A DNA stretch of 64,000 bases from the NCBI GenBank assembly GCA_030141605.1, contig JAQGDQ010000648.1:1-64000 (forward strand), read 5' to 3'. Within the stretch, counting starts at the first letter, position 1. The number at the start of each line of letters is the position of its first letter. This DNA is from Tubiluchus corallicola. Its lineage: Eukaryota > Animalia > Priapulida. The notes below the pieces were generated by a model that was not told the origin of the DNA, did not search any database, and saw only the letters and a list, made by a program, of their open reading frames with translations. The position numbers and the translations under genes were made by a program. Shown one piece after another: positions 12,900-25,350 of the stretch.

Positions 12900-14427
12900 A
12901 TAATATATATGGCGAAAATGTGCAATGCACAAATAACATAAGAAGTAATTTTAAATAAAAAATATCACTGACTCGCTACATACGTCGCCTTAAACCAGTA
13001 ATCATGTCGTGAATAAATTTATGAATCGGTAATTTGGTGATAAATTAATGGAATTATCAACTAAATTAGATTCAGTTGATAAAAAGGATACCTCCCTGAT
13101 TTGATAAGATAAATTTATGGATTGATAATAGGAACTCACCCAGCTGATACAGCACCGAATTTAATGCGATGCAAATTATTCGACAGCTGTGTTTTTTTAT
13201 CGTTTACTGAAGGTAAACAGGTGTCTATTAAGTGAGGACGCAATCGTGCTTTATAGCCTTATGCCGTGTACGTAATCCTTCTTTATAGCTTATGCAGCGT
13301 ATGTAATCGTTCTTTATAACCTTATGCAGAGTTGCCCTTAATTAACAAGAAAGTCGCAATAGGCAAATTTCTTTGGAAGTGAAGTTTTATGGCAGACGCC
13401 AAACTTGTACGAAGACATCAAGGGAAGAAGTTCTGAAGAAAGGACGGCGTGTAGGACCTTTCCTATGTAGCGCAGGAATTCTAAAGCCACCTGGTTGATC
13501 GTAAATTTCTTGGCAGGGGATACCAGGGTTAATCCAGGGATGTCACCTTTCACCTGATTGCGTTTGGCGCGAATTTCGCAAGGCCAAGCTCTTCAGGATA
13601 TAAGCCCGGATTTGGGAACACGAGGTGTTAGTCAGTCAGCGGTCATTGAGAGAGTCAGGAGCCAGAGCCAGAAAGAGGCGACACAGAGAATCTGACAGGG
13701 AGCGGAGACATCGTTTGACACCAGCGTGGAACAGTTCTATGTCCTCAGCAAAACGACTGGGCACTGGATCAACGAATAGTCTCACAATATCATTGGAGTT
13801 GACCAAGTGTACGGTGGTCATTCTGGTCATTGTGGTCATTCCACCGAGTTAAGTAATCTTAATGCATTTGTAACTGACAGTAACTCTGCATAACTGTAGT
13901 TCACATTGTATTAAGCACCTTAAGTGCAGCATACAGATTAGTTGTTAAGTGTGTAGTTCACATTGTACTAAGTACCTTAAGTGCAGCATTCTGAATAATT
14001 GTTAAGTGAATTGCTTGAGTATCTTCTTGGACCTATACATTAGTTGTGAACACCTACAAGCGTGTAAGGACAAATCTTGTACAGCTACCTAGATAGAAGT
14101 AAATTTGTAAACAAATAAAGCTGATTCACTTTGACGTAACTTATGAGTTCATGTATGCTTTAAAGTGTTCGAAGTTCTGCAACACTAAATCCGACATACG
14201 GTCCTGTAGATTCGCATTGCATTAATTAGTTAGATAAAGCTCAATTGCGGGAGCAAGGCTAGATAGCTTTAGGGCTAAAGACCTTACTCACAACGCGAAG
14301 TCGAAGTGTCAGTCTTGAGGGACAAGATTATCGCCCGATAGACTCATCTAAAGCCCTAGGAGCCGGGTGATGAATCATCTTGTAGCAATTAATTAAATAA
14401 AAAGCGAATCGATTAAATTATTATACA
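12900..14427 (+). mobile_element. Long LTR-like element (copy A), related to 31250-33082
   Basis: 12985-13145 and 13830-13985 align with the reverse complement of 32650-32810 and 31785-31935. Ends ...ATTATACA. Contains a small 3x ~31-bp repeat at 13240-13330. 5' boundary approximate; no TSD verified. Confidence 0.55.
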
Positions 14428-14922
14428 ATCTATATAGATAACAAATCACTTGAACACTATACGATCAGAAAAAGAAAAAGTGATAATCAGAAGCCACACG
14501 AAAACTTTTTTGTAAGAATTATTTTATCACTCATTTCGTGAAATAAATTAATTAAAAACAAATGTTTATTATGAGAGATTTTAATGAAACTTCGCTCTTC
14601 CCATTTCCGAATTGTTTGGTTCTTGCGAAATCGCTGCGGTCCAATCAGACTATTACGCTTGACTGCCTAACTGCTTGTTTAAAACAATCTCTTACTTTGC
14701 TTCACATTAACCCATCTATCTGCAGAACTATCGTAATTTTTTTATAAGTTTAGTCAGGTAATGCGTATTTCGCAGCCTGAGGTCGCTCTGGCATTCGCCA
14801 TAGCCATTCTGACCCAGCCGAAGCTCTCGTATTTGTACTACCAATATAAAATAAGCGGTAAAATAATTCAGTCTAAAACTACCTATTTTTGGCTTTCTGC
14901 AAATTCAGTTATAAAGCTTTAC

Positions 14923-15077
14923 AACTCCCTACAAATGTTTTTTCGGTGCATGTCTCTTATAGATTTTATTCTCTTGCCTCTGAGCGACAATTGGTCAGGC
15001 AGCATAAAGGCTGTTGGTAATGTGATGCACAGCTTCCTAAATTGTTTACACTATTAAGTTTGTTCGTCATTTGACAC
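14923..15077 (+). pseudogene. Inverted partial copy of the GT8/GXYLT-like gene's C-terminal coding end and 3' flank
   Basis: Reverse-complement match to 17218-17371. Encodes NSLQMFFRCMSLIDFILLPLSDN versus NSLQMFFRCMSVIDFILLYLNDN; the parental TAG corresponds to TGG here. Confidence 0.9.
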
Positions 15078-15943
15078 AGTTGACCACAACTAACCACTTT
15101 TTGTAGGTCACAGGAGATAAAATTACTGTAAACAAAACTAATCTGTCTTTAATTTACTTTTGTTTGTTTTAATTTCAATAACATATTGTTAAGGGTGCGA
15201 AATGTTATTTATATTCGACTCCTACTATAGTTATAAAATTTCTACAGATATCTACAGAGATATGTAATGTGACACCATTTGTTCAGTTTAGATCGAATTG
15301 ATAGACTATAATTCCGCACCACACTTGTGGGGCATCTGTCTGTGACTAATTGTCCAATTCCAAATTATCCAATTTATGTCACTTTTGTTTATCCTAACCC
15401 TGACACTTTACAACACGGTTTTAGTAATTGTTTTATAATTTACTGTGTTACAATTGTAGTTTCCCGTGGAGACACCAAGTTCATATTAAGTGATATAGCT
15501 AATTGTAGAAGTGTGAGTCAAACCTTACGTAATTTGTCAAAATTACTTAAATGTCACAATTGTTTAATGCCAGAACAATATATATATATATAACATGTAT
15601 GTGAAGAAACATAACAGGTAAATTTCCTCCTATACATATAACACAATGCTATAAATACGTTGGAAACATGAACACTTCCCAAAAAAATTTTAACTTGGCT
15701 GTGCACTAGTCCACATTAATTTGAGCTTAACCAATGGCTCTAGTAATCTCCTAATATGCAACGAATCAGCCCAGCAATTTATTGGATGCATATGTGGCAC
15801 GAATGGTCAGTCAAACAAACCACGACTAACCACGGTGTCAAACTAAACACTTTTAGTAGGTCACACGAGATAAAGATCACTGCAAAAAAAACTGATTTCA
15901 ATGATATATTGTCTCACACATATATTGTGCGAAATGCTATTTA

Positions 15944-16270
15944 AGTTCGACCCCCCCCCCCACTACATTGTGGTTGTCTTGTCCACAGGGAGGCATGGCA
16001 AAGTGGCATTGAATACCAGGTATAAAACCATAGCTCTTGTTGACTCAGCAGGTAAATGGACAGGTGTTCTTGCCTTCACGGCAACAGGTTCCGTAGACAC
16101 AACAACCATGAAGTATACAGGACAAGTTTACCTAAACAAATCTCTGTCTGACTTTATAAATTTGGCATCATCCTGGCAGTGAAACCGAAATAATTTGCTT
16201 CCGAGATACGAGGGAATGAACTGAATAGGGAAGCCGCTAATCAGACCCCTTGGTGCGACGACCTAGCATC
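15944..16270 (+). mobile_element. Possible 5'-truncated tRNA-derived SINE
   Basis: B-box-like GTTCGACCC at the start and a core-like GTTGACTCAGCAGGTAAATG. GC-richer than its flanks. Confidence 0.3.
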
Positions 16271-16271
16271 G

Positions 16272-17231
16272 TTACAATATTAAGCCACCATGCCAAGTGA
16301 TGATTACAATATGAAGCCACCATGTCAAGTGATGACTACAATATGAAGCCGCCGTGTCAAGTGATGATTACAATATGAAGCCGCCATGTCAAGTGATGAC
16401 TACAATATGAAGCCGCCGTGTCAAGTGATGATTACAATATTAAGCCGTCGTGTCAAGTGATGATTACAATACGAAGCCACCATGTCAAGTTATGATTACA
16501 ATATGAAGTCACGGTGTCAAGTGATGATTAAAATATTAAGCCGCCATGTCAAGTGATGACTACAATATGAAGCCACTGTGTAAAGTAATGATTACAATAT
16601 GAAGCTGCCGTGTCAAGTGATGACTACAATATGAAGCCACCATGTCAAGTGATGATTACAATATGAAGCCGCCATGTCAAGTGATGACTACAATATGAAG
16701 CCGCCGTGTCAAGTGATGATTACAATATGAAGCCGCCATGTCAAGTGATGACTACAATATGAAGCCACCGTGTCAAGTGATGATTACATTATGAAGCCAC
16801 CGTGTCAACTTATGATTACAATATGAAGCCACCGTGTAAAGTTATGATTACAATATGAAGCCACCGTGTAAAGTGATGATTACAATATTAAGCCACCATG
16901 ACAAGTGATGATTACAATATTAAGCCGCCGTGTCAAGTGATGATTACAATATGAAGCTGCCGTGTCAAGTGATGATTACAATATTAAGCCGCCGTGTCAA
17001 GTGATGATTACAATATGAAGCCGCCGTGTCAAGTGATGACTACAATATGAAGTCACGGTGTCAAATGATGATTAAAATATTAAGCCGCCATGTCAAGTGA
17101 TGACTACAATATTAAGCCATCGTGTCAAGTGATGATTACAATATGAAGCCGCCGTGTCAAGTGATGACTACAATATTAAGCCATCGTGTCAAGTGATGAT
17201 TACAATATTAAGCCGCCGTGTCAAGTGATGA
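16272..17231. repeat. 32-bp minisatellite, 30 tandem units (consensus GATGATTACAATATGAAGCCGCCGTGTCAAGT)
   Basis: Units start at 16331, 16363 and so on; 960 bp / 32 = 30 units. Only point variants, with no unique spacers. Confidence 0.97.
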
Positions 17232-17299
17232 ACAAACTTAATAGTGTAAACAATTTAGGAAGCTGTGCATCACATTACCAACTGCTTTATGGTGTCTGT

Positions 17300-18530
17300 C
17301 TAATTGTCATTCAGATACAAGAGAATAAAGTCTATCACAGACATGCACCGAAAAAACATTTGTAGGGAGTTTTCGATTTGCTGAGGAGTTTCATCACGAA
17401 GTTTCCTGAGCTTTTTAATGACAGAAACTTTAGTTTCTTTAAACTGAACTGATTTATACAGATTAAATAAGTAGGAAAAGATCCATTTACATTTATTCTC
17501 TTTCTTGTAAAAAGTTCCCCAAGCTCCGTGCACAATTCCTATGCCACGTGCTTGTGCAGTCTTGCGCAATTCATGTCTGAATCCGTGTCCCCACCAGAAG
17601 TTCCAGTGACAGGTAAGAAAGTACAATCTCTCAGGATTTTCATGAAAATAAACATTGCAGGTATTTTGTGGTAACCAACACCCAGTAAAAACTCTTTTCT
17701 CGGGTGAACATTCACTGGTAATTTTAAATATTCGTAAAATTTCCATTTTCCAGTTTGACTTTCGCATTTTGCTCAAGTCCAGTAAAACAATTCCAGAATT
17801 TAAACCTTTTGATGTCTAAGATATGACTCTGATTTCTTTTGATGTTGATAATGCTGATGATGATAACAGTCCATTAGACGAGAATTGTGTGGTCCAGAAA
17901 AATCAAACGCAAGTCCCATCATCTGAGATTCGGACATATTGTCAAAGTGACACCAGAGCTGTTCTAGAGGCTTCACTACAATAACATCTATATCAATCGC
18001 CAAAATCTTGTCCACATTTTGTAAAACATCAGGTAGGGATAACAATGCAGTGTTGCAATGTTGATCCCCTGGATTCAACCACTTTGTATAATTTTCACCT
18101 GGAGGATACCATGGAAGGTAAAAGCTTTCCACAAATTGTTTTGTCTTTCTCATTTCACTAAGAACTTCAGCCAATGAACTTTTAGTAATATTATTGTCAG
18201 CAAAAATATGAAAGTGAATGAAAAATGAAAGATTTCGCCACGATGTAAAATTGCTCTTGTTGATATTGAGTAACATATATATATTGCAACATATAATATT
18301 ATGCTACACAGAAGTGATTCTGTAGAAGGATCATTATAAAATTATATGACAGCATAAATATGAAAAAAACTAATAAAAAAGTTTGATCTTCTTTGCAAAC
18401 TGTCTATTGCAAACAAAATGACTTGGGGTTTTTGTTTTCACAGAATTTAATCTTGCTTCTCCGGATAAGAAGAAAATTACAGGATAGCCAACTGTGACCA
18501 GCGCAAAGAAGATAGGAACGTTGGCATGTA
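17300..18530 (-). pseudogene. GT8 family glucoside xylosyltransferase (GXYLT)-like gene, intronless, frameshifted
   Basis: ORF 18276-17800 has IHFHIFAD, LSLPDVLQNVDKILAIDIDV (DxD) and PLEQLW. After a frameshift at the T-run 17807-17810 it reads KGLNSGIVLLDLSKMR, then NVYFHENPERLYFLTCHWN and GIGIVHG, collinear with GXYLT1/2. A possible TM segment (VPIFFALVTVGYPVIFFL) lies at ~18465-18520 but is separated from the rest by stops. Confidence 0.8.
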
Positions 18531-18590
18531 GTCACATGCAGGCCAGTTAAAAAGAATTAAAGAAGTTCGCTTTGCTGCTTGAATATTTAA

Positions 18591-18600
18591 CTTTTATATA
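18591..18600 (-). promoter_or_regulatory. TATA-box-like motif upstream of the GT8-like gene
   Basis: TATATAAAAG on the minus strand, ~65 bp upstream of the putative N-terminal segment. AT-rich context lowers specificity. Confidence 0.25.
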
Positions 18601-19249
18601 TATACACTTATTATAGGAAATGGCAATATAGCAACGCATTTCAAGCGTTGAAATTTAAGCGTAACTCTTGAATATGTACTAAAGTTGTTGAATATGTCAC
18701 TAAAAAAAGAACGTGTCGCGTAAACGTCGTGCCACATTTAAATGACATGTACTAATAAATAGGTTTACATTTGCAAGTTCAACGGTTTACAGTCGATGAA
18801 TTACAATTTGTGCATAGTAAAACTCAACTATGAGATATTTTTCTAAATCAATACGTATCAAATTCGTGTGTGTTTCAATAACATTAACGTTGGCTCTCGT
18901 TTTTTACTTGGATATCTACATACATCCCTTAAACGAAGGTAAGATAAAGCGTGATGCTGACTGATTTATCAATCAATTTAGTTGACAATTAAACCCTAAG
19001 GAAAGGTCAATATGCAGTTTGATTTTAACTTTAATCATCGACATGCATAAACTTTACAGTGTAAATTCCCAAGGGGCTTAGGAGCAGTCAACAGCTGATT
19101 ATTAATTTCATTCATTTGTTAATATTTGAATAACAGTTATACTAATAATTGCAGATTATAAAGAACTAGAATATATAAACGTTCTGAATATACAAAATTG
19201 CTACAATGTATAAAAAGTTGAATTTCCTAAATAGCTTAAATAAGTTTAT

Positions 19250-19640
19250 TTATTTCAGAAGCTTTCGCCCTATAAGCTGAAAGCCTCATAAGCTGAAAGA
19301 TTGCAGGTGGAATGTTAAAGCAATATATATCAGTCAAAGCAGAATATTAGTCGAACATAACTGATTTAAAATATAATAAGATAGCATAAGAACAAAAAAA
19401 ACCGAGTTCTATTGGTATTGCCAGAATAAAAGCTCAATTAAACAAAGTGAAAAAAAGCAATAAACTGACATACGTGAATTGACTGTAAATTGACAACATG
19501 AATTGACTGTGCTGCAAACATGAGAGTGACATTTACAGAATTTGCAATAAAAGGCATTCAACGTTTTTGTATGTTAAAGATGGCATGCTCAAGAGAGGGC
19601 TCTCATATTTGTTACAAACTAGTTGAACCTAGCTGAATAG
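19250..19640 (-). mobile_element. Penelope-like element 3' remnant with degenerate hammerhead-like motif
   Basis: Minus strand 19610-19560 reads ESPLLSMPSLT, similar to the GIY-YIG C-terminal 'ES..I...PSLN'. Downstream is TTTCAG-CTTATGAG...CGAAAGCTT-CTGAAA at 19298-19253. Confidence 0.35.
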
Positions 19641-21456
19641 ATGAGCTGTAATTAATAAGACAGAATGCAAAGATCAAAGTGTCAGTAGGTACCCTTTTCA
19701 CAAAAATCTCGTTAAATTTTAAACATAGCTAACTTTGACTAGTGAACTATTTAGCGAGTTTCACGAAGGCCTAACTATTTTAATAAACTTGTTGTGTAAC
19801 TCGTTAATTAGTGACGGGTCTGAAACAGGCACAAACTCTTACTGACCAAAAATGTGATTTCGAATTTTTCCTTAATTACTGAGAGAAACCAACAACAAGA
19901 GATTTTAGGAACTGAGAGAACAGAGATTTTTTTGATCGGTAAGCTTAATTTCGCGTTACTAGTTACATGTAATTACAAAACTGGGTGCGAATGAATAACC
20001 CTATAACAAAGCAATTGGGAATAAATTGAGTATTAAGGCAGTGAAGTATGTGATTGGTTGGTTTATCACAGATATAAGCAAAATACAACAAGTAAAGACA
20101 TTCTAACAGATTAAGCTGTTTTCATCAACACTATTTACTATTAATAAACAAAGTTAATTGCGATAATAAACAATTAAGCTACATCAATATATTTAAAACA
20201 GTTTGTTAAAGCACTAGTATTGAATAAGTCATATAGCACGTTTTAAGTGATAAACAAGAAAAGTAGTTATTAACATTATGTGAAGAATTGAGAAATTGGC
20301 ATGGAGTTGAAATTCTCGTAGCATCCTTCAATATTCAGAACACAGAAGGTCTAACATGGCCTTGCCTCATTCTAAGTTTCATTTCTGCAAAAAATTAAAA
20401 TATCCAGCTATCAACACTTTGATTAGTTTAGCAATTGAATTGCCTAGTTTGCCACGCAGCTTTGATAAACACAATAACTACGTTATATGCTGCAGGTGGA
20501 AATGTTGAACTGTGTCCTCACAGTATCAGTATTATTTGTGAAAGTCAAATCCAAGTTTCTTCTTAACCGATATATGACCATACTGAAAACCAATTTTGAT
20601 GAAAATAAAAAGTCATATTTCCTCGCATTACTGCAACACACTCTTACCACTTGCTGGGAGACAATGAAATCCATTTAAATTCTAAAAACTTTCTCTCCAT
20701 TGAACAACATTGAAGCTGCAACAACAGCAGATATGAGGATTCTATTCTCATTAACACTGATTTGTCAAAATTTGATTGCTTCATATAAATTTCACTAACC
20801 AGTCTGAACTATTGATCAGAGACCAAAAATCGGCGTCATATTCAGTGACGTCAGTATCATCTAATTGGATTTGTTCGCTCGGGTCTTACTTTTGGCAACA
20901 TGTGGATTACTTGGGAGGGATACATTGCTGATTTTAAGGGCCTTACTAACGACACAGCTTCATTCCTTAGGCTGGCGTTCACGGTCACCTAGGAGGCCAA
21001 GCGCTAAAGAGTAAATTAAAGTTATTTCATGCTCACTTAACTCAGAATTTTGCTTATAGTTTCCTAGCTGTCGACTAAGGACCAATATCCTAAGAAGCTT
21101 TTCGTAATTTTATGAAATCATCGAATTATTACTTCTTTTTTAATATTTCATTATTCATTTTTAATTCAAATAATATAGATAATTTGGCGATGCTGCTCAA
21201 CAATAGTTTTTGAAAATACTATTATTATTATCAAGATATTATAAGAGAAGTTTTGACGCTTGATGACCGTGTTGTCATTCTCCACCTTGTCTCTCTTAGA
21301 CTTGTTATTGTGTACTAACACTTTGTTTTCTCATATCAAAGATATGTAATTCGTTTCAAATTCGAATCCTAAATTCAGTTTAATGTTTATTCACAAATAA
21401 ATAATTGTAATTCTGTCAGAAGCTGAACTTAAGTACTAAAAGATTTTTCTTTTCAG

Positions 21457-22343
21457 AAAGTGTTTTGTCAGTTTCTCGGCAGACGGTGCTAGTGGAATCG
21501 GAAAAAATTAATGAAAAGCGAAAAAAGCTGATAAGGGACACGTGTGAGAAGCTCAAAGCAGATACATTTAATGGTGATATTGCAAACATAATGGATGTAA
21601 AACGTTGGCTCGAAGAAACTTATGTTGTGCATAATTACAATTTACTGTACTGTGCAATACCAAAGGTGGCGAGTACAACTTGGAAAAGTATATTGATGGA
21701 GTTAGCATTAAACAGTAGCAAAATTACAAAAGTACCGCATGTTTCAAACATCCATGCTGAAACATATTCCTTAATATTTCGCAGAATCTTTAGAGAAAAG
21801 AGACGACACGAGGTACTGGAAACTTACAAGAAGTTCCTGTTTGTCAGGGAACCACTGGGAAGACTTTTGTCAGCTTACAACAGTAAAATAGAGGCTGGAA
21901 GCACGTTTTTCATCAAACCAATCTACTATTTCTTCCATAAGAATTTTACGAATGTCACCATATCCTTGTCAAACTGGACTCCGACTTTCCAGCAATTTCT
22001 AACGTACGTTGTACAAACTAAATTTTCAGAATTGAATGAACACTGGGCGAGATATGTGGATTTGTGTAATGTATGTTATATAAAGTATGATTTTATAGGA
22101 AAGTTTGAGAGATTAGAGAAAGAAGCAACTAGCTTTTTAAGACCCATTTTAACACCAAAACATTTAAACTTTGCTGCCAAAAAAATCCAAAGCAACGACT
22201 TTTTACTGCATTCAAGTGACCATTTAGTTAAGTACTACAAAAATATATCTTTGGAACTGGGACGTATGATACATCAAAAATATTATTTGGACTTCACAAT
22301 GTTCAATTATAGTTTTAGGGAGGATTTATTTCGAAAACTCTGA
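21457..22343 (+). CDS. Carbohydrate sulfotransferase (Sulfotransfer_2, CHST8-14/HNK-1 ST family), terminal coding exon
   Basis: 5'-PSB motif YCAIPKVASTTWK and 3'-PB motif FLFVREPLGRLLSAY, plus PTFQQFL, NEHW, LCNVCYIKYDFIGKFERL and YYLDFTMFNYS. A strong splice acceptor tttttcttttcAG ends at 21456. The upstream TM exon was not identified. Confidence 0.92.
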
Positions 22344-23479
22344 CTATAGTCACATATGTAAAAGGCTTAATGTAACAACTTGCTGCGGTTTGGGATTGGT
22401 ATCACAAACAAATTTAAGAGAGTAGAGCTTAAAAATCATAAAAATCAAAATCTGGTGTCATCTACTGAATGAAAAACTACAAACGCAAAGGTATATGTAT
22501 AGGCAAGCGTTAATTACTAAAAATGTGCAGAATTATTGCTAATAAGTGAAACAAATTGATAAGTATGCAGGAGAGGGATGGGCAGGAGCGGGAATAGTAT
22601 TAGAGCAGTGGTGCCTTCAGTTTTAAGATTAAGTTTGGGGTGCAAAAATGATTTTATACGAAAGTTGTACAGATTAGAGAAAGAAGCAACTAGTTTTTAA
22701 AAATAGGTTCAGCGTGCATAAGTGGAAGTCTTTCTTTGATAAGCAGGAAAAGTTCAGTAGCTGCACAGGTAGCAATACTGAAAATACTCATGCTTGAGTA
22801 ATGCTTAGTGTCGTTAATGTTAATCCAAATTTTAACGTATGTGGGTTTTTCAGAGTCATCAATGATGAATGAGAGACGTGCTTTTAACGTCGGTGTTTTA
22901 CTAATGTACCCAATATGGCAGCAGGGACACGAATATTTGGGAATACCAATTTGAGGTGCAAATGTTTATGTGGACTACCAACATGTCTCCAAACTCACTC
23001 TCGTTATTTTTTTAAATTTCTTTATAAAGTAACGTTATTTGTATTTACAGTAATTTTTTTAGTGCCCATTTTCGATGCTTGTATCCAGTGCATGTGGGTG
23101 ATAAATATTTTTCACATTTTTGCGGCATTTTGTTTTCGTCGGAGATGACGTTATTTCTGTGATCGTGCTTGAACAAAGAACCCACATCCGCAATGTTGTC
23201 TTGTAATGTTTTATACTATAAACATTGGCGAGGAGGTTCGCATAGTATTTGAGTTTTAGACCTACAAATAGTAATGGTTTTTATGTTTACCTTAATGCAT
23301 TTAGGAAACCAACTTGTGAGTAAAACTAAATACTTCTGTTATTGGAACCAAGGAATCTACTCGATGTTTCCACTTCTGTGGAATAGGAGATCCTTTTGAT
23401 GGCAAAAACTGTAACTACTTTCCTAATAAATCGACGTTTCTGTATCATAGTATGTGCTACTTTAAACCGGCAGCAAACA

Positions 23480-25350
23480 ATAACAAACTGAAATACAACA
23501 AAACAGCTTCGCACATTACTGGCTACCTTACTCATCTTTCAGGCAGGGGATATTCAGGTCAATCCAGGCCCATTGCAGTATCCATGCGGGCACTGTAACA
23601 GACCAGTAGCAAAAAGCCATCGTGCGATTTCGTGCGACAACCAGTGATTCCATATACACTACAGTGGTATGTCAGCAAAGACAAGCCTTAATATATGTCT
23701 TCTTGTTCTCTTGGACTTGTCCAACTTTTGACTTACCTAGTTTTACAGACAGTTTTTTTCGAATCAGTCGTAGATGTAAATCAATCAAACTCGAACGACT
23801 AGAAAATAGCAATCTTATGCTACAGAATTCTAAAGGCAGTCTCCAAAAGAATACCAGCACGGCATCGACTCCCAATAAGGACAATGTAACTAGCAAAACA
23901 AAGCACCATAGGCTAGGATGTATCGGACAACGAGCTGTCATGGGTGTGTTTAGACACAAACAATTCCAAAGCAATTTACCTGTGTTCGTATTATATCCCG
24001 GAAACAGCTATTGGAAACAAGTGTCTTGAACAACTACGGAACGCATTTACAATACACGGCCACCACCACTTGTTATAATAGACTGTGACATTAATCTCGA
24101 AGATATGGATTGGGATAACCTCTTACCCACAAACCCCAATATTGCTGTACACCACCAGGCATTACTTGATTTGATGGCAGAGCATTGCCTACAAAATTTA
24201 CAGCAAGAAATCACATGACCTGAGTAAGGAAAATGTTTAGATCTCATTGACGCTAATGAACCAGTTGTAGTAAGCAACGTGTCAACTACCCCAGGTATGG
24301 GTGACCACAATATTGTGAAATTTCAATTAAATGTTAACCCTAGCCATACCTTCAAGCCTTCACATAAAATTTATCAATACCATCAATGTGATGTCAATGG
24401 TCCAAATTCCAAACTAGTGCAAACAACGAAACTAAAAAAATAAGTACCATGGGCTAACAGAACCAACAAGTGTCAGATGCGGAAACGGGTAGACTTTTCA
24501 GCAAAGTAAAAAATAACTAAAATACCTCAGGATTGGAACACTAACACTAAGTATAGAAACAATCTCTCAAAAACCATCAGAAGATCGTACCACGAATACA
24601 TAAATGACATCATTGGTGGATCACTAACAGAAAATCCAAAACGCTTTTGGACCCATGTAAAGAACCTGAATATGGAACCCATGTGCATCCCTAGCCTCAT
24701 CGATGGAAGCAGTGTCTATGTCTCCAGCAAAGCCAAAGCTTTTGCATTTAATATTCATTTGCCAAACTGCCCGAATCACCATATCCAGCAATTGAAGATC
24801 TACATATTGGACTGGAAGGTGTCATATGACAGTTTAAATATGCCGACCATAATACAGCCACAGACTTGACGAATTACCAGCTCATAATTTTTGCCACAGA
24901 ACTAGCACCTAAACTAAGGTTCATCTTTCAACAAAACTACAGACCCATCTCATTAACATGCATAGCCTGTAAAATAATGGAGCATATCTGCCTCTCCCAT
25001 CTCAACAAACATCTTGACAACCATAACAAGGGGATCCAACACGCTTTTCGTTTGTGTTTTTCACGTTCAACTCAGCTGATAGAAGCAGTACATGACTAAA
25101 CACAATTACTGACATCATGCGCATCGAGCAAGTCCAGCAAAATGCAGCAGGTTTTGTACGAAATGAATATCCCAGAAATACAGAAGTACCTACGATGATG
25201 TCCGAACTCGGGTGGGAAACTCTAGAAATTAGATGCTGACAAACGATACTGAACATCCTTCATGATACAGTGCAACATGAAGGTATAGGTATAAATGTAC
25301 CAACTTACATCACCCCGTCTCTCAAAGATAACAACAGATTGTCCACCCCT
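23480..25350 (+). mobile_element. Degraded LINE (PHD + AP endonuclease + RT fragments)
   Basis: Fragments include AGDIQVNPGP..CGHCNRPVAKSHRAISCD, DCDINL.DMDW, GMGDHNIV, ENPKRFWTHVK, NYRPISLTCIACKIMEHI, IEQVQQNAAGFV and ELGWETLE. Many deletions and stops. Confidence 0.85.

Noticed and set aside
16272-17231. CRISPR array
   Set aside because: The 32-bp units are head-to-tail with no unique spacers, there are no cas genes, and the context is eukaryotic.
16272-17231. Repetitive protein-coding region (DDYNMKPPCQ...)
   Set aside because: The unit length of 32 is not a multiple of 3, so the frame shifts every unit and meets stop codons.
17800-17815. Programmed -1 ribosomal frameshift in the GT8-like gene
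   Set aside because: There is no canonical X XXY YYZ heptamer at the required site and the gene has other lesions. An indel or sequencing error is simpler.
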